From a bacterium (GTDB lineage: Bacteria; SZUA-182; DTGQ01), in contig JBFMGO010000011.1 of assembly GCA_040752695.1 (NCBI GenBank), positions 6,114 to 70,113 of the forward strand: DNA of 64,000 bases, in the 5' to 3' direction. The notes beneath the pieces are model-generated. The model was given only the letters and a program-made list of their open reading frames with translations. It did no database searches and had not been told where the DNA came from. Position numbers and translations under genes: made by a program. Below, one piece after another: positions 45,814 to 56,200 of this stretch. Position 1 is the first letter of the stretch; every line of letters starts with the position of its first letter.

Positions 45814-45850
45814 GAAAGCCCTGTGCTCCGTAAATGAGCACAGGGCTTTC
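45814..45850 (-). terminator. Perfect 15-bp-stem hairpin (gaaagccctgtgctc-cgtaaat-gagcacagggctttc) downstream of the small secreted-protein gene; possible bidirectional intrinsic terminator
   Basis: Stem-loop read from the sequence. On the + side it is followed by tatcaagactcTTTTTTg. On the - side it is preceded by an A-run and followed by UAUGGUUUCC, a weak U-tract. Confidence 0.4.
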
Positions 45851-45902
45851 TATCAAGACTCTTTTTTGTCAAATCAGTGACGACTGACTAACGGGTCAGT
45901 TC

Positions 45903-46223
45903 TTACTCCTTGCCGGAGGGGTTAGCCTTCAATTCATATTCACGGACCATCTTTCTTACCGCTTCCATGGATTCATCATCCTGGGGCAAGTCTTGTGGCC
46001 GGTTATAGTATATATCCACTAACTCCTTTACCACCGACTCATCCAAAGTCGTTTTCTTCTCTACTGCCGCGCCGCCTGTGTCTGTTCCCTCCGGAACAGT
46101 GGCAGTATTGATTACCTCATCCGCTGGTTCAACATTTACGGCGTCCGCATATGCAGGGTGGAAGCTCAAGAGCAAGAGAAATGCTCCAAAAACTACTGTC
46201 ATGGTTATGAACCGTTTGGCCAT
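45903..46223 (-). CDS. Small secreted acidic protein (hypothetical)
   Basis: Start at the internal ATG with a perfect AAGGAGGTG RBS. Signal peptide MAKRFITMTVVFGAFLLLLSFHPAYA. About 80-aa acidic mature part. Confidence 0.5.
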   Translation of the reverse strand: MAKRFITMTVVFGAFLLLLSFHPAYADAVNVEPADEVINTATVPEGTDTGGAAVEKKTTLDESVVKELVDIYYNRPQDLPQDDESMEAVRKMVREYELKANPSGKE

Positions 46224-46264
46224 AATCACCTCCTTTTTGGTTTTACAAACATGGGCCCGCTCGA

Positions 46265-46975
46265 TTACGCTTTCAATCCTCTTCGCTTGCATTCTATCAA
46301 GCCGAGCAGGCCAAAGCCAAGAAGAAATATAGTCCCGGGCAATGGAACCGCTGACTGCGAAGATGAAGGCTGGAAATCATCCAGATACGTCCAGGTATTG
46401 GCTGAATCGTCCACTCCGTTACCGGCTGAAAGCTTAATACTCAGGGTAAAAGGTGTAGCGTAAACGCCAAAGTCATGTGAATACTGCTGCCAGCCGCTGT
46501 AATAGAGACCATAATAAGGATCGGTGGGATCGTAGGAGTATGGAGCACCTGTTAGTTCATCGAGCTCCAGCCTCGCATTGATAATTTCAGAACCGCTTTC
46601 ATCGTAGAAATTTACCATAAACCGGTCGTTACCGTATCCGTCAGTCGAAAACATATTGTAATAAAAGGAGATTGTTCCTCCCTGAAAGTTTGGGATATCT
46701 TGACTGATCCAATTATTGGTATAACTGCCGCCTCCGGAAAGGCCAGGGCTTGAGAGCAAAGCCATTGAGTTACCATCTACTGCGGTAATATCATAGCTTA
46801 TGCCGTCAAAGGAGACTGTACCACTGGTAACCTGGGAGACAATACCGTTATGTGTCCACCCCGTGAGAATGCCAGAATCTTCAAAGCTGCCGTTAATAAA
46901 AGTGGTAGCGTACGATGTGCCGACAAAACCAACTACCAATAATACAGCCGATATCCAGAGGAAAAACCTTTTCAT
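46265..46975 (-). CDS. PEP-CTERM-like sorting-domain protein (putative exosortase substrate) with N-terminal lectin/jelly-roll-like domain
   Basis: Start at MKRFFLWISAVLLVVGFVGTSYA (signal peptide) with GGAGG RBS. The C-terminus ...SAVPLPGTIFLLGFGLLGLIECKRRGLKA fits the pattern (P-x-P) + hydrophobic TM helix + basic cluster, a variant of the VPEP...RRR PEP-CTERM signal. Confidence 0.55.
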   Translation of the reverse strand: MKRFFLWISAVLLVVGFVGTSYATTFINGSFEDSGILTGWTHNGIVSQVTSGTVSFDGISYDITAVDGNSMALLSSPGLSGGGSYTNNWISQDIPNFQGGTISFYYNMFSTDGYGNDRFMVNFYDESGSEIINARLELDELTGAPYSYDPTDPYYGLYYSGWQQYSHDFGVYATPFTLSIKLSAGNGVDDSANTWTYLDDFQPSSSQSAVPLPGTIFLLGFGLLGLIECKRRGLKA

Positions 46976-47124
46976 GATGTCGAAACCTCCTTTGATAGAG
47001 CGTGAGTGAATGAGAATGAGTAATGATGTATCCAATTCCTTCCCCTGTTGCTTTGAAAAAGCTCGGTACAGACCGCAGGAATTACCCGACCGGTTTGCCG
47101 CGCTCCTGCCGCCCCTCACCACCT

Positions 47125-47162
47125 TATCCCCCTCCCCCTCTAGGAGGGGGGGCGAGGGATAG
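47125..47162 (-). terminator. GC-rich imperfect palindrome (tatccccctccccctc-tag-gagggggggcgagggata) between the giant gene stop and the PEP-CTERM gene; hairpin without U-tract (terminator, attenuator or RNA-stability element)
   Basis: Inverted repeat centred on CTAG, about 55 nt downstream of the giant ORF stop on the minus strand. Confidence 0.3.
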
Positions 47163-47214
47163 GATGAGAAGCTTCCCGGGCCAACTGGCCAGGTATTTCA
47201 TGTACACGGTGTAC

Positions 47215-50200
47215 CTAGTGAATGGTGAAATCAGCATTGCTCATATCGGTAATGCTGCGATCACTCGTTGAAGTAACCCTAATCCGGCAGCGTGTTGAAG
47301 ATACGAGCGGCACTGTCCACGAGTACTGTTTGTCAGCACAGACTGCGGTTGAGGTAATTGTCATCCATATACGGCCACCGGTATTATATTCTATCTTCAC
47401 ATAGGTGCCGGGATTACCGGTATAATTCCAGGTGATCTCATAGGTGCTCCCGCCGGTCAATATTTCACCGCCATTCGGGGTTCCCACGGTCAAGGTAGGT
47501 GATACCGCAGAGATGGTAGTGAAACTGAAGGGAACCGTGTCCCCACCCTCTCCACAGCCATTCACCGCTCTTACCTTCCAGGTATACCGGGTGTTTTCAG
47601 CCAAAGCACCAACCGGGACGATAAAAAAGGCAGCAGTAATAGCCGCATTATCGATCACCGATACTCCATGCTCATCCGTCATGGTGAGATGATAAGACAA
47701 GGCTCCCGGAACCGAATTCCAGGTCAAAGTCGGAGTGAGAGAAACATCCACTGCACCATCTGCGGGTGCATGCATCACAACCGCTGGCAGAAGCGGACAT
47801 GTCTCGATAACGTTCACCACCAAAGTGGCAATATCGGTGCTGCCGTCATCGTCGGTTACCCGAAGGGCAACGGTATACATGCCATTACTGCTCCAGGCAT
47901 GCGATTGAATTTGTCCGGTATCTCCTGAAGGCGTGAAGGTGCTGCCGTCATAATTCCAATCCCATTCATAGCTGACAATCGTGTCAGGACTCGATGTGGA
48001 GCCGCTTGCGTCATAAGTACCGCTCTGGCCCTTATCGAGGGATACAGGGCCCGTGATGTGCGCTGTGGGGCCAAGGTCCCTGATGGTAATGGTATGGGAT
48101 ACCGTATCGGTCAAACCATGATTATCGGTAACCGTGAGAGTCACCGCATAGGTGCCGTTATCGTTGAAAGTAAAGACTGGATTCGGGTCGCTGCTGGTAC
48201 CCAGCCCGGCAAAATTCCAGGCCCATCCGCTGATAGGATAGGGGAGGACAGAGGCTGAAATATCGGTGAAGCTTACGCTTGAACCTTCGTCCTGGGGTTC
48301 CGGAGACCAGGTGAATTCCGCCACCGGGCCTAAGACATACTCATGACACACGCCCTGGGCCGGTACTGGTTTGTCCTGTGCCAGGGTAATCCATTGTTCG
48401 TCATACCACACCTTGAGGGTGTAAGTGTCGCCGGGTTGAGCATTCTCATCCGGGCACACTTTCAGGTGATACGTACCGGGAATGTAGTTGGGAATGTAGA
48501 ACTGGACCTGTCTGTCGTTCCCAAAATCCACTTCGTTATAGCTGGTATCAGGGATCTGGCTGCCATTTTTATCGAACACACGGCCTTGTGGATCGGTAAT
48601 CTCCACATCGACAGTCGAACTGGCAAATCCAGCCAGGGCTCCTGACCCGCTTCCAATATCCAGCGAGGCATTCAGTAATGGATCACCTTCCACGCTGGAG
48701 AGCGATGGGATAATGAAGCCGGTAATGAGGGAGGTAATCTGGAACGATACCAATCCGGTTTCATCAGGATCCAGATCAGTCGGGATGAAGTCTTTTATCG
48801 CGACTTCTCCTGCTGCAAGCTGGGCATTGACGAACCGATCGGGGAACAATTCAGCGCTTACCCTGTAGACAGGGATTTCGGATTTATTGGTGACTTTGAT
48901 ACCGAAGGTGAAATCCTGTCCTGCCTGTACAATGTACGGACCGCCAGCAGGCCAGGCCGGATCGTTTACGAAAAACACGGCTTTCAGTTCCGGCTTCCCA
49001 TAGACATCGACCGTTCCGGAATTGCTTGCCTGCAGATTTACATTAAACGGTACCAGAGTGCCATTGACATTGACGGTGACGGTATGCTCTCCTTCCACAT
49101 CGCCGCGCAGCACCCAATCGACACTCTCCTCAGCTCCTGCGAGAATGATACCCGATGGGCCGACCTGCTTCGTAACATCCTGAGGAGTTCCGAATAAATC
49201 CACCAGGGTCAGCTTATCAGCCGGATATACCAAGGTAGCGGTAGTATTAACGATATTGAAGGGGCTTCCTTCAGGTGCGTTATTCTTGATGCGTGCCGAG
49301 ACACTGAAGAATTCCTTCAATAATTTGATTTCACCCGGAATGATGATGAAAGTGTATACCGGATAGACCGGCTCACCAGGGGCTGGCTCTACATAAGTAA
49401 CCGTGCCGCCGACCCAGTAACCGCCGCCGCCACCGCCTCCCAGCGAGTACGTACTGCCAGGGGCAGGATTATTGGGGAGAACGACATTCGGAATGGTAAC
49501 AGGCGCCACCGCAAGTGTTACAACGAAGTCATATACCCAGTAATTATCGGGGTCTTCCAGATCGACGCCGCGCTCCACGATTTCTTCGATAGTCAGGCGC
49601 GTGGAATTCACTTCCTCGACTTCCAGCACTTCACCAGGTAACAGCCGTACTTCGGCGGTATTGAATCCACTGAAAAGACGCAGCGGTTCGGCCTTGGGGA
49701 GATAATGTTCCCGCCAGACGTAAGCCGATCTGCCGCCCGAAGGTACAACGACATTGCGGACCCATCCATCTGCATCGGTAGTCAGGTTCCCTGGGATATC
49801 CTCCAGGACAACCAGAGCATTCGCTAAAGAAGCCGAAGTGGAATCGTCTACCACATGGATGTCCAGGACCGCTGCATAGTAGCTGTACACCAGTACATCG
49901 AAGAAGGATTCCCCAAGGGTATTTTGAGAAGTTATAACCGATGCGGTCTGGGGATAGACTGCCGGAGCAGGCTCACTCCCTGTTCCATCGGGGACATCTA
50001 TCTCAAAATCCAGCGTGGCATGTGAATATCCATCGATTTGCAAAGGTAAAGCACTGGTCATGTTAAACTGCGAGCCTGCCACTCCACCCAGTATAAGAGC
50101 TCCCGTCACACTGACCGGTGCAGATCCATCGTTATCGATGGTCAGGCTATAACTCGCCGTTTTCCCCTCCCAGGCGGTAAGTGTGGGTGCACTGACCCTG

Positions 50201-53200
50201 ATCTTCTCATGCAGGGTAATCTCTCTGTCAGGGGCCGAAGGCAAGCCGTCCGTGTCTTCATTTCCTGCTGCATCTCTCAGCGTGGTTTCACAATAAAAGA
50301 CTTCTCCGGCATTTCTGCCTGTAGTGTCCCAATCATAGGTGTAGCTTCCACCTCCCGCTTCTGCCAATGGTGCGGCAGTTACGACTGGATCACCGCTGTC
50401 GGTCGTAATCGTTACCGTGCCGACTAAGCCGGTTTCGCTATTCTGCTCGGATACCAGTATCCTGACCGTGGAGCCGACTACGTAAGAGTCGTCGGTATCG
50501 GCACCGACCGAAGTGGTCACGGAAGAAATAACAGGAGGCGTGTCATCGATGACAAGAGCTTTGTCTGCCTCGTTATTGGAGGTGTTGGACTCGGTGGGAT
50601 CGGCATCGGATATGACAACCCATACGAGGTGCTGCCCATCTGAAAGACCTGTCGTGTCCCAATTGGCCTGTACCGGTGCCGAGCCGTTTCCTCCGATTGA
50701 AAGGCTCCGGGTTCCTATCAGGTGCCCCGCGTCCTTGACAGTGTCATAAAAGCTCACCTGAGCTGTCGCAGATGTCTGTCCCAGGTTGTGTATCGTTACA
50801 TCAACGAGTACGCCGGTTCCAGACATGATCGGCCCGGCAGGGGTGAGCGTGATATCATTGACCGACACCGTAAGATCAGGCCGTGACCGGACGGTTACGG
50901 ACAAGAATGCTACATCCGTATCCCCGTCTTCGTCAGTTATTCTGACTGCGACGGCGTAAGTGCCAGGGGCTGCCCAGGCATGATTCTGAATTTGCCCTTC
51001 ATCCAGCGAAGGCTGGAAGTTTGTGCCGTTATAGTTCCAATCCCATTCATAAAGGACGATATCATCCGGATTGGAGTCTGTATGACCTGCAGTATAGTGA
51101 GCAAGATCGTCCACCAGGACGAGGGTGTCCCCCATAAGGGATGCCGTGGGAGCAAGATCCGTGACCGTAATGTCGTGGGATACCGCAGATACGGAGCCGT
51201 CATCGTCGGTCACGGTCAGGGTCACGGTATAGATACCGTCATCCGGAATGATAAAGCCGGGATTTCGGTCATTACTGGTTCCGAGACCGCCAAAATCCCA
51301 GGACCAGTTCACTATGGCATCGGGGTAAGATGTGGAAGTATCCGTAAAGCTTATCGCTGACCCCTCAGCCTGTGGATCGGGATTCCAGGTAAAGCCGGCA
51401 GCCGGTCCCAGGTCATTCACGGTAACGGTAGCTGTATCGGTATCATCGAGCAGGGAATCCGATACTTTCAGCCCGACCGTATAGATGCCGTTATCCATCC
51501 AGGTATGAGTCGGCTTGACATCTGTGGAATCATCGAAGGCGCCGTCATTATCAAGATCCCAGGCATAAGACATGGCATCGCCATTGGGCTCGAAGGAGCC
51601 GCTGCCATCCAGGATAATGGCACTGCCCTCATCCACGGTGTACGGTCCACCCGCCTCAGCCACCGGCGGCTGGTTGGCATATACCGTAACCGTAGTGTAA
51701 ACGGGGGTTGACACCATGGGCTGGCAATCAATCCCGATCTGGCAGCCAAGGGGGTTAAAAGCCCCGTTATCCCAAACCTTAAGGCCGATCAGGTAAAGCC
51801 CCGGTGTAGAGAAAGTGAAAGTCGCAGTGGGGCTTGTCGTGTCAAGATCCACGTCATCGAACCAGACACCATCGCTATCTAGATCCCATTGATAGCGGGA
51901 AATACTGTCGCCAAGATCGATGTCGTAGGAGCCTGAGGCATCCAGGATAAAGGGGATACCGGCAGTCACGTGATAAGAGCCGCCATGCATGGCAAAGGGT
52001 GCATGAGGCGGTTCGGCTACCGTTACCTCTCTGAAGTCGATATCGGTCTGGACCGGGTCATTGTCATCGGTAACCCTGAGCTTGACTGTAAAGATCTGCG
52101 GCGGATCGCCTGCGTCACCGGGATGCGGATCAGCGTAGGTGTATCTGGCATTGACATCGGAAGGATCGGAAGTGGTGAAATCCCAGATCCCATCGCCATC
52201 GAAATCCCACTCGTACCTGACGATTCTCCTCGATGGGTCCATATGGAACGATCCTGAAGCATCAAAGGAAAGCTCCATATCATAGGCCCAGATGATATCA
52301 TCCCCTGCGTCAGCCACGGGCGGCTGCACAAAGAGGGTGGGTGTCAGCATAATGACTGCCCAGGAAGTGGAAAAGCCAGTACCATAGCTTACATTCCAGT
52401 AACCGCTGCTGTTCTGCTGATCCACGATTCTCTTTTTGACACCGGTTGTCGGATCATTGTACCAGTCAAGCCCTGTTGCACTCAGCGTTACTACCGGATC
52501 CGGCAAGGCAAGGCGTAAAGCCTTGACCAGGGCGTAAGTACCATAATAATTGCCATTCTGCCAGAACCAGTTATTGGCGATATAATCTTCTGCGGTTCTC
52601 CATCGTGAGTCGGATGTGCGTTTATCGCAGAAGGCGAGTTGAACCATACCCGATGGGGTAAGTGCTACTCCATTTCCTGCACCCGTGTAACCAAATCCGG
52701 TTCCATCGTAACTGTAATTTAACCAGACATTGTTTCGGTTTTTGACCCATTGGGGTATATTGATACCAAAGTTGTCCTCAGCAGCGAGCATGCCGATGGC
52801 TGCCCACTGACAGGCGGAGTTGTCCGGATGTTCGTTCCAGTTATATCGCCAGCCGCCGCCAACTGAGGAACTGTCATACTGGCCCCAGGCGTACATATCC
52901 ACCATATCGGTGAGAATATGGTAGTAGAAGCGTCCCTTGATATTAGTGCCTCCGGTTGTGGCAAAGGCTAAAGGTGCATTGGAGGAGGCAATGGCATCCA
53001 TGACCATACCGCCCTGATAAATCGGATATCCGTCATTCACCTGGATACCTATTCCATTCCCGTTGGTGTCAGGGTTTCCGTATGTCTGGTTGCCGATATT
53101 GGCTGAAGAAAGCCTGGTGAACATGAAGGCAAAACCTTTGTTCACTGTCTCTACATAAGGATTCTCCTGATTATCGCCATCCTGAAGGTGGCCGTTGATC

Positions 53201-56200
53201 TCAAAAGATTGAATTGCCGAACCGGTCGGGGATGCATAATAAGAGCTATACGATGTCCACTTCCCATCGCCTTTATCCTGGTTTTTGTGAAGCCACCACA
53301 GGCCCTCGTCAATGGCGATGTTGGTCTTTGTATCAAGATTGTTGGGCTTGACGACAACATAATAGTAATCCGTGCCGATCAGGCCGCTGCTGTCCCATAC
53401 AGTAAGGGTTGCCGTATAGGGAGTGCCATCAGCGGAATTCGGATAGGTATGGCTGGCTTCAATCGCATATTTGTTGCTGACCGAAGCCGGTGTTGCTGGA
53501 TAGAGAGCCGATCCGTCACCGAAATTCCACTGGTAGGTGAGGTTGCCCGCATCCCTGACAATGGCTTTCAGCCTGATGCTTCTGCCGTTATAGGTTTCAT
53601 GGGGAATAGTGGGATCACCGGCCCTCCATGGCACACAAATGACATCCGGTGCCAGATTCGTGGCCACATTCACCGTGGCCGAAGCCGTAGCTGTTTGCCC
53701 TGCTCCATCAACCACGGTCAGAGTAGCGGTGTAGATCCCCGCAGTCGAATAGGTATAAAACGGCTTTCTTCCCACAACGTCCATATCGTTGGTGAAATTT
53801 CCGTCACCGTCGCTGTCCACCGAGTTATCTGCATCCCAGAGATATTTGACAATGCCATAGTCATCGGTCGAACTGCCGCCGTTGAAGTAAGCCGGAGGAC
53901 CGCCTGCACCGGCGTTGTAAGGACCTCCTGCATCGGCCACCGGCGGATCTGCGGCTGCAATGACATGAACGGTCAGGGTATCGGAGTCGGACTGCAGGAC
54001 ATTATCATACACGGTAAGAGTAACCGTGTAATCTCCGGGATTCCAATAAATATGGGAAGGGGTCTTTCCCCATCCCGTGGTGCCGTCCCCGAAATTCCAT
54101 TCATATTTATAGATACCTAAATCGTCCGCGGAGTTCCCGCCGTTGAAAATGACCGGCCAGCAGCCCTCGGTAGTGATGTCGCTGCCTGCCTCTGCTGTCG
54201 GGGGATCACCATTGGTCAGATTGACCGTGGCCGTATCGATGACCGACTGCAAGACATGGTCGGTCACTCTGAGAGCTATCGTATAGCTTCCGGCTGCGGA
54301 AAAAACATGCGTAGCCGCAGCACCCGTATCCCCTGACGGATCAAAGGTTCCATCATAATCCCAATCCCACTCGTACGTATAGATGCCATGATCGTCGGTC
54401 GAAGCAGAGCCGTCAAAATCAATGGTCCAGGTTCCTTCGAAGGCATCCGTTTCATTCCCGCTCTTGTCCGGTCCGGCATTGGCAACAGGCGCGGCATTGA
54501 CTTGAGTGGTGACGCTCGAAGAATCGGTATCCGTCTGCATGGATTGATCATAGACCGTAAGATTAATCGTGTGGCTCCCCAGACCGTAGAAACGGTAGCT
54601 GGGTGCCTGGCCGCCAGCGATTTCCTTCAGATTGTCTATGACGAATGTTCCTGAGTATACATCCACGCCCCGTTTCAAGGAGGCAGCATTGCTATAAGTT
54701 GAATCATACAAGAGGATCCAATCCGAAGATCCCAAAGAGCGATAATAATATCGTGCTCCCTGCGTCTCTTTGAGCTCGATGCGGACTTCGTACCAGGTGT
54801 TGTAGGCATAATCATAACCTGTATCGCCTCTGCTCGATCCACTTTCATAAATATAAAGATTGCCGCCATTGAAATAGATGGCATAAGGCATATAGCTGTA
54901 CTGGTAATTGGCACCGGTATCCTTGAACCCGATCATGACATGACCACCGCTATGTTTGATCCTGGCTTCAAAGGCCATTCCCTTAGCCCTGCTATAGGTA
55001 TCCTTGCTGAAGAGATAGCGCTGTCCCCAGGAGCTGACACCTGCTATGGAAATCTCATTATTCTGGGCCACTCCAGCGCCGCTGTATACCCACTTCCGAT
55101 TATTGATAACCGTACCGTCGAAGGTATCGGTACCCAGATCCCAGACATAGTAAATATTCGATTCATTATCAAAAGAGCCGGAACCATCAAGGGTAGCTGT
55201 CCATCCACCTTCAAAGGCGCTGCCCGTATTTTCATCTACCGCATAGGGTCCGCCTGCATCTGCCTGAGGAGGATCACCCTGGTTCAAAGCGACTGTCAAG
55301 GTGTCACTATGGGTCTGAAGAGCATGGTCCGTTACTCTGAGGGCTACGGTATAAATCCCCGCACTCGTCCAGGTGTGTATGCCTGTTGAACCTGTGGCAT
55401 CGAAGGTTCCGTCGTTATCGTAATCCCACTCGTAGAGATAAATGCCATAGTCGTCACCGGAGCCTGAAGCATCGAAATTCACTGTCCAGGTACCATCGGA
55501 CGCATCCGCTTCATCCTTCGTCTGATCCAATCCCGCCTCGGCAGACGGAATATCACCGGCTGTGGTGACGAGCGTGAAGCTATCCGTATCGGTTTGACCG
55601 GCACGGTCAAGGACGGTCAAATCCGCACTAAACACTCCGATACCACGGTAAAGAGTAAAATCGGAGGTGACACCGGCCGTACTTTCCTGAAAGTCGTCCA
55701 TAGAATAGGTTCCGCTAGCGACGACTATGCCTTTTCTCAAAACCGTATCCCCGGTAGTATAACCGGAACGGTAAATCTCGTACCAGACCGTGCTTCCGGA
55801 GGGCCGGTAAGAGTATACCGCCCCTGTCTCCAACAGCTCGATCTTAAAATCGTACCAGGTATTATAGGAGATGGTATATCCCGTAGAACCACGGGAAGAA
55901 CTATTTTCATAAATGTAGATAGTTCCGCCGGAAATATAAAATTCGTAAGGGAATTGGGTGTACGTAAAGTTTGTGGTGCTGCTGTTCTTGAAACCGAACA
56001 TACATTCACCGCTTCCGGCTGCCTTGATGCTGGCCTCGAAGGTTTGCCCTTTCACCTTGGGGAAGGTGGCCTTGGTAACCATATAGCGGTTACCCCAACT
56101 GCCGGCTCCAGTCAGGGAGACTGCATCGTTCTGGGTAATGCCGCCGTTGGTGTACCATTTTCCGTCTTGAAAGGCAGTGCCGGTAAAGGTATCCGCGCCA

